Shown piece after piece: positions 8,104 to 16,923 of a stretch of 37,680 nt of DNA. The stretch covers positions 1 through 37,680 of IMG/VR virus record IMGVR_UViG_3300033076_001007. One strand, given 5' to 3'. The notes under the pieces are model-generated. The model made no database searches. It was not told where the DNA came from and saw nothing but the letters and a program-made list of their open reading frames with translations. The DNA is from a virus (Duplodnaviria > Caudoviricetes). Every line of letters starts with the position of its first letter. The first letter of the stretch is position 1. Both the position numbers and the translations under genes were made by a program.

Positions 8104-8498
8104 ACGGGAGGCTCGGGCAGGGGTTGCCAGTGGGTTATGCCAATCAACGTCATCAACTCTCGGCAATCTACAAAGCGCCAGTCGTCGTCTCCAAGCCCCT
8201 CCCATTTCATTGCCACGGTATAGTCATCGAACGCAGAAACAACCAGCACTGGAACATCGTATTCCGGCAACCTCTCCCCCACAGGAATCCAGCCGGATGC
8301 GCGGCGCGGCGCACGGTTCCAAGCGTCCACGCACTTCGAATAGATTTCCTCAGCGTCGTTTCGGTCTGCATATCTGACGTTGGCCTCTATCCACCATTCG
8401 TCGCATGGGCACCCGACATAACGCCAGCGATACGTTGACCCGTCCATGATCGACAGTCGCTCGGGCACTTTCCCGCACGGACACGGCTTCAGTTCCAT
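8100..8498 (-). CDS. Lar-like zinc finger fused to DUF551
   Basis: ELKPCPCG..CPC..AWNR followed by WIPVGERLPE...ITHWQPLPEPP. Confidence 0.85.
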   Translation of the reverse strand: MELKPCPCGKVPERLSIMDGSTYRWRYVGCPCDEWWIEANVRYADRNDAEEIYSKCVDAWNRAPRRASGWIPVGERLPEYDVPVLVVSAFDDYTVAMKWEGLGDDDWRFVDCRELMTLIGITHWQPLPEPPV

Positions 8499-8773
8499 CG
8501 AATCACCTCCCTCAGTGCTTTCAGAACGGCCAGGTCAGCCTTGATCGCCCCCGATCTTTCGTGCTTGGTCGTGTACCACTGCCCGCGTTCGATAGCTTGT
8601 GCGATCTCTAGATCGATTTCGCGATGCCCGATGTACCAGTCGATCTCCTCGCGCGTCAGCGCCTGACCGAGCCGCGCCTTGTCTGCGATCTTTGAGCACA
8701 AGATCCTGACGGCGCGCTCGGCGCTTTCTCTGTACTGCGCCTCCCATGGCGGCGGCGGGTCATAGCACGGCAT
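8489..8773 (-). CDS. Hypothetical 94-aa protein
   Basis: AGGAG RBS; MPCYDP start; tight packing in the operon. Confidence 0.75.
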   Translation of the reverse strand: MPCYDPPPPWEAQYRESAERAVRILCSKIADKARLGQALTREEIDWYIGHREIDLEIAQAIERGQWYTTKHERSGAIKADLAVLKALREVIRWN

Positions 8774-8782
8774 GTTGATCTC

Positions 8783-9121
8783 CTACCCAGGACACCGCTC
8801 GTTGTAACAGGCCGTCCCGCTGTTGGCCGGCAAGCCGCAGAGCTTGCAGATCGGGACCGGACGCTGCGCAGGCCAGCCTGCGAGCTTCTGGTTTCGGTAC
8901 TCGCGCGGGTCGTCTCCCGACGCCATGCGCAGCCACCAGACCGCCTTCTGCAGATCCTGGTCGCCGCCCTTCAGGCGCTCGCGCCAGATGTACTGCATCG
9001 CCTGCATCTTGCACCCGCCGCGGAACTCCTCGTCGGTGAGAGCAGAGCGCATCGCGTCGATGCACTCTATCTCGCCGTCGTTGTAGTGCGCCGGCTTGTT
9101 GACTGGGTCGAAGTCGGTCAT
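8783..9121 (-). CDS. DUF3310 protein (T7 gp1.7 nucleotide kinase-like) with C-terminal Cys motif
   Basis: DPVNKPAHY..GEIECIDAM...YIWR..KGG.QDLQKA.WWL. Confidence 0.85.
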   Translation of the reverse strand: MTDFDPVNKPAHYNDGEIECIDAMRSALTDEEFRGGCKMQAMQYIWRERLKGGDQDLQKAVWWLRMASGDDPREYRNQKLAGWPAQRPVPICKLCGLPANSGTACYNERCPG

Positions 9122-9261
9122 CTCCCCTCCCTCGCCGCAAGCTCTGCCTCAAGCTTGGTCAGCCTGTTCAGAATCTGGTTGACGCGCACGTCGTCCTTCA
9201 CGATCGGCTCGAGTTCGGCGCGTGCGCGCCGAAGCCGTTCTCTTTTTTCTGTGTTCGTCAC
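9118..9261 (-). CDS. Hypothetical 47-aa protein
   Basis: GTGA overlap with the upstream stop and ATGA overlap downstream; helical charged peptide. Confidence 0.6.
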   Translation of the reverse strand: MTNTEKRERLRRARAELEPIVKDDVRVNQILNRLTKLEAELAAREGR

Positions 9262-9887
9262 TTTGTCACCGTCTCCTCGCACCGCTTGAGGCTTTCCCTG
9301 CACGCCGAGTCTTCAGGCCAGTAGACCACGCGGACGTTCTCCTGCGGCGTCGCAGCGTCGATCAACGCCTGCGCTACCTGAGCCTCGCACGCATCGCGCG
9401 AGCCGAACGGAAACCAGTGCCGCTCGCGCGAGCAGAGCGCCACCGCGGCCGGGACGTAGAGGCCGATAGAACTAAGCGCGCGGAAAAGCTCGGCCGATTG
9501 GCAATCCCGATCTCGCCAGGTCGGCCCCAACGCGATCGCGCCATCCTGCGTACTGGCACCCACACCGAAGCCTCGAATACAGGTCATGGTCGACAGCGGC
9601 GGCACGACCGTGACCGAAGGCGCCGGCGCGTCGTAGTCCTCTCGGATAGCTACGCTCGCTTCGCCGCCATCTCCTCCATCCGCCAAAGCGTTTCCTCCGT
9701 TCGCTTCAGAATTTCCTCCTGACGCGACAGCATTTGCCGCTGATTCCGAGCCAGCAACAGCGCCGCTGACGCTGTTGCTAACAGACCCAGACTGAGAAAC
9801 AGATGAAGAGCCGTTTCCATTGTTGCCCCCGTTTACCGCGTGCGCCGCTCCAGAAAGAACCAAGAGAACCACTGCTGCTAGTTTCAT
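9258..9887 (-). CDS. 209-aa secreted protein with signal peptide
   Basis: MKLAAVVLLVLSGAAHA signal, Ser/Gly/Asn-rich linker and a Cys-containing C-terminal domain; GAGGTG RBS. Confidence 0.8.
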   Translation of the reverse strand: MKLAAVVLLVLSGAAHAVNGGNNGNGSSSVSQSGSVSNSVSGAVAGSESAANAVASGGNSEANGGNALADGGDGGEASVAIREDYDAPAPSVTVVPPLSTMTCIRGFGVGASTQDGAIALGPTWRDRDCQSAELFRALSSIGLYVPAAVALCSRERHWFPFGSRDACEAQVAQALIDAATPQENVRVVYWPEDSACRESLKRCEETVTK

Positions 9888-10093
9888 GCGTCACCTCTGC
9901 TGACAAGTTCGTAAACACCCAGACACACTCTTCGAACCCGGAACCATGGATACTGGCCGGCCACCAACTCGCTCAACCGCACCTCGATCGAGCGGCGCGG
10001 CACGTCGCCCAACTCTTCCTCTATCTCGTCGAGATGCATCGGGCCGCGCTCGCGCAGAACCTTGACGATGCGAACGCGCGCCGAGTCAGGCAT
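9884..10093 (-). CDS. 69-aa winged-helix DNA-binding protein
   Basis: MPDSARVRIVKVLRERGPMHLDEIEEELGDVPRRSIEVRLSEL...GVYEL; GGAGG RBS. Confidence 0.7.
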   Translation of the reverse strand: MPDSARVRIVKVLRERGPMHLDEIEEELGDVPRRSIEVRLSELVAGQYPWFRVRRVCLGVYELVSRGDA

Positions 10094-10502
10094 CGAACCC
10101 TCCCTGGACGAACCGGCACCAGATTCCGTCCGCTCGTCCCCATCTGCGTCGCGCCTGCGCGTACACCTCTGCCGGGATCTCGAGGTACTCGGCCATTGTG
10201 CGAGCCCAATGCGACGTGTCCGGCTTCCTATTGCGGTTGATCGGCTTGCAGTTCTTGCAGATCTGCCCGATCTTGCCGTCCGCACTCAGCTTCATGTCGA
10301 CCGCGTGAATGCGCTGCTTGCACTGCGCGCACTTGCGCATGCAGCGCACGCCGTACTTGCGCTCTACTTTCATCACCGACATATGCTCGATGTCGTAGCG
10401 GTCGGCGATCTCTTGCACCGTCGACGACTGGAGCTCGGCGCGGATCGCGTCCACGTTGTCGATGCCGTGGACTTTCTCGAGGACGTCGAGGCGGCGGCTC
10501 AT
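10086..10502 (-). CDS. 138-aa protein with HTH-like and CxxC motifs
   Basis: TVQEIADRYDI, CAQC..CKNC; GGAGG RBS and ATGA overlap. Confidence 0.75.
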   Translation of the reverse strand: MSRRLDVLEKVHGIDNVDAIRAELQSSTVQEIADRYDIEHMSVMKVERKYGVRCMRKCAQCKQRIHAVDMKLSADGKIGQICKNCKPINRNRKPDTSHWARTMAEYLEIPAEVYAQARRRWGRADGIWCRFVQGGFDA

Positions 10503-10915
10503 TCCATAACCTCCACCCGGATGAACCCCGGCCCGTCGTGCCAGACCTTGGTCGCCCTGACGTCCCAGACGTGCGAGTCGTCAGCCAAGCACGCGTCCAT
10601 CAGCGCCTTGAGCAGGTTGTCCGCGTCAGGGCGTTGGACGTGCGGAGCTCCAGCCAGAGACGCACGGCGCGCCCTGCCATAGCTGGGTGGCAGGGGTATG
10701 CCGAAAACGGCCCAAAACGCGTCTGGGAGCGTCCTAGCACCCATCAGCGCCCGGACCTGGTCGCACCAGTCGCGGTAGCGGACGACCACCGGGCGCTTCT
10801 TCCAGCGGTCGGACTGCGTCTGCCGCGGCTTCGCCATCGGGGCGATCGGCAGGACGATCGCGGGCGCGCGTGGGGAAAAGTCGGCAATCTTGACACCACA
10901 AAGATTGTCACTCAT
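10499..10915 (-). CDS. rusA: RusA-family Holliday junction resolvase
   Basis: PMAKPR...RPDADNLLKALMD..L.DDS.V catalytic motif. Confidence 0.9.
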   Translation of the reverse strand: MSDNLCGVKIADFSPRAPAIVLPIAPMAKPRQTQSDRWKKRPVVVRYRDWCDQVRALMGARTLPDAFWAVFGIPLPPSYGRARRASLAGAPHVQRPDADNLLKALMDACLADDSHVWDVRATKVWHDGPGFIRVEVME

Positions 10916-11628
10916 GCCGGAACCTCTCCGTGTTCGAATCGGGCGGAGCGCGCGGCGTTGGCCGCGCGAACCATTTTTTCGCAGGCTCCCCAGGATCCAG
11001 AAGCCAAGCGCCCGCCGATCAGGACGAGCCCATCTATTGACGGGTCGGACTCAATCCCAAACCTCCAATTGTGGTGTTCACGGCCGTACTTGTTCCTGAA
11101 GTACTGCCTATCCGTTTCTATTAAGAACTTGACTCGATCCCGCCCAGAATCGAAGCGCACCCCTTTCTGTATTAGCCCGTTGTTGACCAAGAACTCTTCT
11201 AGGGCGGTTGCTCCTTCGCGGTCTTCCAGGGCATTTGACCATTCAAATACCCGCCATTCGGGCGGCGGCGGGTTGTAGCCAAGAAATATCCGCTCTATGT
11301 GCGTCGGCTCCATGAAGACGCCGCCCGGAGTCGAAAGCGGCTCATAGCCGGGCGTGCCGCATACCATGACAACCGGCATGCCGCTTTCGTCGGCGAGCAT
11401 TCCGCAACGAAGCGCCTCTATGTTTGTTGGCGCTTTGCCTTTGACCTCTACCCAGACCTGCTCGTTGGGCAACCAAAAGTCGGGGAGATATTTAGTTCCG
11501 TCTTCCAGTTCGTACCCTTCCGGCTCGTACTCCCACTTAACCCCAAGGCTTGTGAAGAACACCGCCCATCTCGCCTCAAGCCGGCTTCTAAACCGGTAAC
11601 CCTTCCAGACCGTTTCGATTGCTTTCAC
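10912..11628 (-). CDS. PD-(D/E)XK nuclease-family phage protein
   Basis: AIET..GYRFRSRLEARWA.FF..WEYEPEGY...YLPDFWL...WVEVKG; GGAG RBS before GTG. Confidence 0.85.
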   Translation of the reverse strand: MKAIETVWKGYRFRSRLEARWAVFFTSLGVKWEYEPEGYELEDGTKYLPDFWLPNEQVWVEVKGKAPTNIEALRCGMLADESGMPVVMVCGTPGYEPLSTPGGVFMEPTHIERIFLGYNPPPPEWRVFEWSNALEDREGATALEEFLVNNGLIQKGVRFDSGRDRVKFLIETDRQYFRNKYGREHHNWRFGIESDPSIDGLVLIGGRLASGSWGACEKMVRAANAARSARFEHGEVPA

Positions 11629-11675
11629 CCTGCTTCTCCACCATGCCGGCGCGGCGTCCGTTTTCTTTCTCGGTT

Positions 11676-11945
11676 TGGGGAGGGGAGCGTTCGCTGACGC
11701 TCACCCCCTCCCCACTAACTGTGCGAACACCCTTAACTGTGCAAAACCCTTATTTTTCAAGAACCTGCACACAACCCTGCGAACCCTGCAGGAACCCTGC
11801 AATAACAAGCCAATGGGACAGACCGTAGGATTTATGCGCTTTCAATTGGTAGTGCTTACCAACCAAAATGAACTGTGCGAACCCTGCAAGAAAAAACGCC
11901 CAAAAAAACTTCTTTGAAATCAGCATGTTGCAATGTACCCTGCAG
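11676..11945. repeat. Iteron-like repeat cluster, putative replication origin
   Basis: AACCCTGC at 11773, 11782, 11793 and 11880 (variants near 11762 and 11936); AACTGTGC at 11717, 11735 and 11871; A-tracts 11888-11910; hairpin 11676-11713; low-GC gap next to the primase gene. Confidence 0.7.
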
Positions 11946-11961
11946 ACACATTACTTGACAT

Positions 11962-14016
11962 TTATTCTTCTGCCTCGGTTTCTGTGTCCCAGTCAGGGCG
12001 CCAGACCCGGTGCTTCACCCGGCCTGCGTCGTCAGCCCAGCGCACGATCAGGCCCGACTCCATGAGCTCTTCCATTGCCTTCTCAAAAGCCGAAACGCTG
12101 GTGGTCTTCCACTTCCGCAACTGGTTGGAGATCCGGCTGAACTCAAGCGGCGCGTACTCTTTGCTCTGCTTGTGCAGCGAGTAGTACTGCTCCTGTCTGC
12201 GTTGGCGCTCAAGGATCGCAAGGAAGTCCAGCCTGGACTGCTCGTCCATCTTGGTAGCCAGGTCGATTTGGGCGGCCGGCAAAAGGAACCCGCCGTCGAT
12301 CCAGGTCTCGACCTCTGTACCGCTCGCCGCGTGGTTCGACTTCATCAGGTCGAACGTCACCTTCTGGCTTTGTGGGTTCTCCCGGTGCATGTAGATCTGC
12401 GCGCGTGCGGTGTCACGCCAGGCGTTTCCGCCGGAAAGGCCGGACCCGCTTGCCTTGCCCTGCACAGAGACGTGGGCGAGGAAGACGGCAGCCAAGCTGA
12501 ACTTCTGCGCCAAACTGGTCAGGCACCGCTGAACGAACTGACGCGCCTGAGAGTTGTTGATCTCCTGCCCGGCGAAGACGTCGCCGCGGGTGTCGACCAC
12601 GAGGAGATCCACGCCGAGATCTTCAATAAGGTCGTGAATCTGATACCAGAACGGAGTCAGGGCTCCGACGTCCTTCTGGTCGAACGTCATCAGGTAGTTG
12701 TCTTCCCCGACCCGGCAAAGGATATAGATCGATCCTTTGATTGATTCCCAGGTCAGGTTGTACCGCTGCAGGATTCTTTGAAGGCGACCGTTGACGATGT
12801 CGATGTCGTCTTCGCAGAACAGTAGGAGTGTCTTCCCATAGGCGGGGACGTTGCCGTCTATGAAGGCCACCTGCGCGGCGCGGCAAACCGCCAACTGAAG
12901 GAACGCCTGACTCTTCCCGGTGCCGCCTTCGGCGAAGCATCCAGTTGTGTAGCCTTTGGGGATCCACCCTTCCCAGACCCACTCGACCGGCTTGATTGGC
13001 CGCGCCTGTAGCTCGCTCGCCTCGATTGGATGAAGCTTCGGACGAAGCTCTCTCGCGACCGCGGCCTGCACGTTGGTGCCGGGCTCAAGAGGCACCGGCT
13101 TGTCGGGGTTGTTGTCCAGGTGCGTCCGTATGGTCGAGGCGACCGTGGTCAGCAGTTCGCCCTCGGACAGCGGGTTAGCTCTGCCGCGCTCGTCCAGGTT
13201 GCGTGCGTTCTGATCTTTGACGATCTCGAGAATCTCCCTCAGAGACTTGCCCGCCGTGATCAGCGAGCCGGTCAACTGGTTGGTTCGGCTGTTCCTCCCC
13301 TTCCCGACCACGCCGTCCTCGAAGTCGACGCGCGGAGCGACCTGGGTGGCATCGAACGCGAGATTGCCGGGCCCGGAGAACAGGCCCGAGTTCCGCTCAA
13401 CCTTGCCGTTGAACGCGTGGACCTCTGCCTGGTCCCGAGCGGTCAGCATGGTGAGCTCGGACGGGTCGTCGCTGTAACCGTCAGCGATCCGCAGCCGATA
13501 CCGCTGACCGCTCGCATGCATCGAGCCCGGCGCGATGATGTAGCCGCCGTTGCCGCGAACGTCCAGCTTGTGAGTCTCGCCGACGCCGGTCTTCCACGGC
13601 GCGTCCGGGTTCGGCCGGTATAGGTGGTGCTCTCCGCGCGGGGTCTCGGAGACCCAGACCGCGCGAGTGATGCGGCCGCTGTTCAGGAACTCGACCGACT
13701 CGGGGTCGTCTCCGTCGAGGGCAACGACCCCCGTTGATTGTCCTGTTATCAGGGCCCAGTTGCAGTGCGGGAAGCGGCGTTCCCAGGCATCCATCTCCTG
13801 ATCAGTAGGCTGCCGCTCCTGGAACTCCTTCCAACCGACCAGCGGCGTCTTCGGCCACCGGCTCGCGGCTTCGGCCTGATCGCCGCCGCAGCGGTCGAGG
13901 AACCATTTAGGGATCGGCAGCAGAGGAGATCCGCACGGGACCAAGTGAAAGCCGCGCTCGTGCAGCCATCTGGCAGTCAGTAGCGCCTCGTCGTCCCCCT
14001 CCTCAAGAGCCATCAT
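11962..14016 (-). CDS. Bifunctional primase-polymerase fused to RepA-like AAA helicase
   Basis: Prim-Pol motifs K.PLVGWKEFQ, NWALITG..GVVALDGD, TPRGEH and DVRGNGGYIIAPGS; PriCT-like GRN; Walker A AEGGTGKS and Walker B LLVVD. Confidence 0.92.
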   Translation of the reverse strand: MMALEEGDDEALLTARWLHERGFHLVPCGSPLLPIPKWFLDRCGGDQAEAASRWPKTPLVGWKEFQERQPTDQEMDAWERRFPHCNWALITGQSTGVVALDGDDPESVEFLNSGRITRAVWVSETPRGEHHLYRPNPDAPWKTGVGETHKLDVRGNGGYIIAPGSMHASGQRYRLRIADGYSDDPSELTMLTARDQAEVHAFNGKVERNSGLFSGPGNLAFDATQVAPRVDFEDGVVGKGRNSRTNQLTGSLITAGKSLREILEIVKDQNARNLDERGRANPLSEGELLTTVASTIRTHLDNNPDKPVPLEPGTNVQAAVARELRPKLHPIEASELQARPIKPVEWVWEGWIPKGYTTGCFAEGGTGKSQAFLQLAVCRAAQVAFIDGNVPAYGKTLLLFCEDDIDIVNGRLQRILQRYNLTWESIKGSIYILCRVGEDNYLMTFDQKDVGALTPFWYQIHDLIEDLGVDLLVVDTRGDVFAGQEINNSQARQFVQRCLTSLAQKFSLAAVFLAHVSVQGKASGSGLSGGNAWRDTARAQIYMHRENPQSQKVTFDLMKSNHAASGTEVETWIDGGFLLPAAQIDLATKMDEQSRLDFLAILERQRRQEQYYSLHKQSKEYAPLEFSRISNQLRKWKTTSVSAFEKAMEELMESGLIVRWADDAGRVKHRVWRPDWDTETEAEE

Positions 14017-14204
14017 CCACGAGATCCCGAGATGACCTTTGTCTCGACCAGGTAGGTCTTCTCGCCGTCCTCGACGACGGCGATGTCGCGACCGACCCGC
14101 AGCATCTTGGAGATCGATGACTGGCCGATGCCGGTGCGTCGGGAAAGCTCAAGCTGGCTATTGCCAGAGCGAGCAAGCCATCTGGGCAGAGAGGTGCGCT
14201 TCAT
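14013..14204 (-). CDS. cro: Cro-like repressor (63 aa)
   Basis: SQLELSRRTGIGQSSISKMLRVGRDI...VETK resembles lambda Cro (QSAINKAIHAGRKI); GGAG RBS; divergent from cI. Confidence 0.85.
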   Translation of the reverse strand: MKRTSLPRWLARSGNSQLELSRRTGIGQSSISKMLRVGRDIAVVEDGEKTYLVETKVISGSRG

Positions 14205-14229
14205 TTGGTTCTCCGGAGAGGGGGAACCA

Positions 14230-14259
14230 ATTATCGCCACAGGCGGTCAGATGAGTCAA
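14230..14259 (-). promoter_or_regulatory. PR-like promoter
   Basis: TTGACT (14259-14254), 18 nt, GATAAT (14235-14230); the same hexamers as lambda PR. Confidence 0.8.
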
Positions 14260-14272
14260 CGCCACTGGCGAT
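14233..14272. promoter_or_regulatory. Two OR-like 15-bp operators
   Basis: ATCGCCACAGGCGGT (14233-14247) and AACGCCACTGGCGAT (14258-14272); palindromic consensus ATCGCCAnTGGCGAT. Confidence 0.8.
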
Positions 14273-14300
14273 GGACTATGCGTGTTAGACATAGCACACT
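14272..14300 (+). promoter_or_regulatory. PRM-like promoter for leaderless cI mRNA
   Basis: TGGACT, 17 nt, CACACT, 6 nt, ATG; no Shine-Dalgarno before cI. Confidence 0.55.
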
Positions 14301-14306
14301 GCAACA

Positions 14307-14693
14307 ATGGCTCGGGAAATCCGAAGAACACCGCTGACGACCGAAGAGATCCGGCAGGCTCGCCGACTGAAAGCGGCGTATGAGTCGCGGAAAGGCGCGC
14401 TCGGCCTGACGCAGGAGAAGCTCGGCGCGCTGCTGGGGATCACCCAGAGTTCGACGTCAGGCTGCCTCAACGGCCTGCGCGCCATGAATGACCTGGTCGT
14501 CCTGCGCTTCTGCGCCGTGCTCGACATCGACCCGGAAACGATACGGCCGGGCATTATGGCCCGGTTGCCGCCGACGTCTTCCTCTACGCTGCCGGTTTCC
14601 CAGCAGGCGCTCGAGTTCGCGCGTCAGTTCGACGCCCTCTCCGAGGAAGACCAACAGTTTGTCCTTTCTGTTCTGAAGCGCGTTCGCGGTTGA
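14307..14693 (+). CDS. cI: CI-like repressor, lambda-type N-terminal HTH without S24 peptidase domain
   Basis: PLTTEEIRQARRLKAAYESRK..LGLTQEKLG..LGITQS matches lambda CI [27 protein letters not shown]. Confidence 0.9.
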   Translation: MAREIRRTPLTTEEIRQARRLKAAYESRKGALGLTQEKLGALLGITQSSTSGCLNGLRAMNDLVVLRFCAVLDIDPETIRPGIMARLPPTSSSTLPVSQQALEFARQFDALSEEDQQFVLSVLKRVRG

Positions 14694-14870
14694 TCGCCTC
14701 AATCAACCGCAGCCCGACTCGGATCTGGCGTGGCGTAAGCTCTCGCATTCTTGCTTTTCTCAGCCCTTGACCGGATCAGTGGCGGCGCTCTCCTCTGCAC
14801 CGGCCGGTCACCACCCCTATAGCCTAATCGACCCAATCTATCGCGCAAGAGAGTGCGATTGAAAAAATTC

Positions 14871-14935
14871 ATCGCCACTGGCAATCCCGACTGTTGACTC
14901 GCGTTATCGCCGTAGGCAATATTGCCACATCGAAT
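14871..14935 (+). promoter_or_regulatory. OL-like operators and PL-like promoter
   Basis: ATCGCCACTGGCAAT (14871-14885), ATCGCCGTAGGCAAT (14906-14920), half-site ATTGCCAC (14921); TTGACT (14894-14899), 17 nt, CAATAT. Confidence 0.75.
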
Positions 14936-14964
14936 GAGCGAACCAGTGAGCGAGGAACGAACAA

Positions 14965-15345
14965 ATGGCCTGGTACAACACCCCGATCCTTGGCGATCAA
15001 CCTAAATCTCTTTCTGACGTCTTCTCCGAAGTCCGCGTTCTTTCCAAAAAGAAAGACTGCGTGGCTCCGAACGGGTTCGACCCATACGGTCTTGGCCCGA
15101 ACTGGTACTTCCTTGCCGGCGCAGATTGTGGCGTTCGCGGCAACTACCACGAGGGGGGCGACTGGCATCCCCGATATGCACATGTCCGCGAAGACATGAC
15201 CGATCTCATTTCGCGCTATGTCCTGAACGAAGAGATTCGCTCTTTCGACCTAATTGAGCAGAAGAATGGAGACTTCGCGGGCCGCGTGAAGCTGTTTGTC
15301 CGCGGCGAGATTGGTAGCCAGTTTGTCTGCTGGGTGGAGTGCTGA
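14965..15345 (+). CDS. Hypothetical 126-aa protein, first gene after PL
   Basis: GAGGA RBS; globular-looking sequence. Confidence 0.75.
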   Translation: MAWYNTPILGDQPKSLSDVFSEVRVLSKKKDCVAPNGFDPYGLGPNWYFLAGADCGVRGNYHEGGDWHPRYAHVREDMTDLISRYVLNEEIRSFDLIEQKNGDFAGRVKLFVRGEIGSQFVCWVEC

Positions 15346-15551
15346 TCATGCACGTCGTCAAACTTGTCGTGAACGACTCCGAGCTCTACTACACCGGCCG
15401 CGCAGGAGATGCGTTCGTCAGCGACGACATCCGAGAGGCGTTCACCTACTTGACGCATACCGAGGCGCGCATGAAGGCGCAGCGTCTTAACGTCTCCCGC
15501 GTCGGCGCCAAGTTCGCGGCCGAGAAGATCGGGCAGAGGGAGAAAGCATGA
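15339..15551 (+). CDS. Hypothetical 70-aa protein
   Basis: Coupled operon gene (start at 15339 or 15348); YYTGRAG..FVS..EAF.Y. Confidence 0.75.
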   Translation: MLIMHVVKLVVNDSELYYTGRAGDAFVSDDIREAFTYLTHTEARMKAQRLNVSRVGAKFAAEKIGQREKA

Positions 15552-15739
15552 GCGCAATAGACGGGTCATCCGATTTCCGCGCCCGCATGGACGCGCTGAT
15601 CAAGGAGTGTGCGCCTGACGACATCATCCTCTGGCTCGCCGCTTTGAGGATCGTGTCCGAAGCCTGGCAGGCAGGCGTTGAGCGAGGGGCGCAGATTGCC
15701 ATCGACGTCACGCGGCGTATCGAAGGAGCGCAGCAATGA
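15548..15739 (+). CDS. Hypothetical 63-aa protein
   Basis: GGGAG RBS; ATGA overlaps at both ends. Confidence 0.7.
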   Translation: MSAIDGSSDFRARMDALIKECAPDDIILWLAALRIVSEAWQAGVERGAQIAIDVTRRIEGAQQ

Positions 15740-15960
15740 AGTACTGGATCACCGACGACGAGACCGGCGAGGACCACGAGTGCGACGTCACGGTTTACCC
15801 GGAGTCGATCGAGGTCTGGCACCGAGACCCGATGGTTCGCTGCATGGCGCAGCACCAGATCGAGACGACGCCGTGGCTACTGAAGCGGATCGTTGAACTG
15901 TGGGAAGAACAGCGCGAGCAGGAAGCTGTCTGCCCGTATGACTACGCGGAGGCGTACTGA
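15736..15960 (+). CDS. Hypothetical acidic 74-aa protein
   Basis: AAGGAG RBS; ATGA overlap. Confidence 0.75.
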   Translation: MKYWITDDETGEDHECDVTVYPESIEVWHRDPMVRCMAQHQIETTPWLLKRIVELWEEQREQEAVCPYDYAEAY

Positions 15961-15961
15961 G

Positions 15962-16153
15962 ATGGTTGGCATCGACATGAAGGACTACCGAGCCCCGCGC
16001 CAGTACCGCGGCTGGAGAGAGTTTGCGACCGCTCTGTTCCTCTGCTCGCTGTTCTGGGCGCTGCTGATCGGCGCCTGGATCGTCGGCGAAGAGCTCCAGC
16101 AGTGCCGACTGATGGACGCGCCGAGCGAGTCGTTCGGGACCGGGAGGGAATGA
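15962..16153 (+). CDS. Small membrane protein (63 aa)
   Basis: GGAGG RBS; hydrophobic FATALFLCSLFWALLIGAWIV. Confidence 0.7.
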   Translation: MVGIDMKDYRAPRQYRGWREFATALFLCSLFWALLIGAWIVGEELQQCRLMDAPSESFGTGRE

Positions 16154-16497
16154 TGCTCGACGATGCGCTGGTGGAGAAGTTCAAGGGTCGCCTGTCAGAG
16201 CTTTTGTCTCGCGAAGACTTTGACGAGCACCTCGAAATGCTCGACGAGATGACCGAGTCGTTCGAGGTCGAGAACGGGATCGAACACGCGGGCGAACGCA
16301 GCGCGCTGTCGTTCATGGCGCTGACGTTCTTGACCGCGCGGTACGACGCGATCTGGTCCCTGCTGGTCAACAAGATGGCATCTGAGATGACCGACAGCAG
16401 AGACGAGTTCGTGGACTACTGCACCCGCCTTCGCGGGACGATGGGGTCTGAGATTATCGACAGAGTGGCCGAATCACAGAACGAGATTGTTCACTGA
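16150..16497 (+). CDS. Hypothetical acidic 115-aa protein
   Basis: GGAGG RBS; ATGA overlap; MMLDDALVEKFK start. Confidence 0.75.
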   Translation: MMLDDALVEKFKGRLSELLSREDFDEHLEMLDEMTESFEVENGIEHAGERSALSFMALTFLTARYDAIWSLLVNKMASEMTDSRDEFVDYCTRLRGTMGSEIIDRVAESQNEIVH

Positions 16498-16509
16498 CTG
16501 AGGGAACCA

Positions 16510-16923
16510 ATGATGAAAGAAGGACGCAACGACAACCTGAACGAACTGGCGCTCGCCTGGTTGCAGGCGAAGGCGCGCGAGGACGCGGCGAACGAGACCC
16601 GCCTCGCGATCGAGAACCAGATGCTGAAGATGATCGAGACCAAGCCGGAAGGCACCACCACGACCGTACTGGACGACGTGAAGGTGACTGTCACCACGCG
16701 TTGGACCCGGTCGCTGGACGACGGCGGCGTCGAAGCAATCCATGGTCTGATCCCGGTCGAGCTCCAGCCGCTGAAGACCAAGGTCGATCTCGACACCAAG
16801 GGTCTCGCCTGGCTGGAAGAGCATCGACCCGACCTGTACCAGATCGCCGCACGCTACGTCACGAGCAAGCCGGCGAAGCCGGGGTTCAAGGTGACGCGGA
16901 TCGAAAAGGTGGAGGCTGCATAA
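16510..16923 (+). CDS. 137-aa phage protein of the recombination module
   Basis: GAGG RBS; LA..WL.AK..E..A...R..IE pattern and KPAKPGFKV end; directly before the AAA ATPase. Confidence 0.8.
   Translation: MMKEGRNDNLNELALAWLQAKAREDAANETRLAIENQMLKMIETKPEGTTTTVLDDVKVTVTTRWTRSLDDGGVEAIHGLIPVELQPLKTKVDLDTKGLAWLEEHRPDLYQIAARYVTSKPAKPGFKVTRIEKVEAA

Noticed and set aside
11717-11945. CRISPR array
   Set aside because: Repeats are 8-11 bp with irregular spacing; the Cas4-like gene belongs to the phage recombination module.
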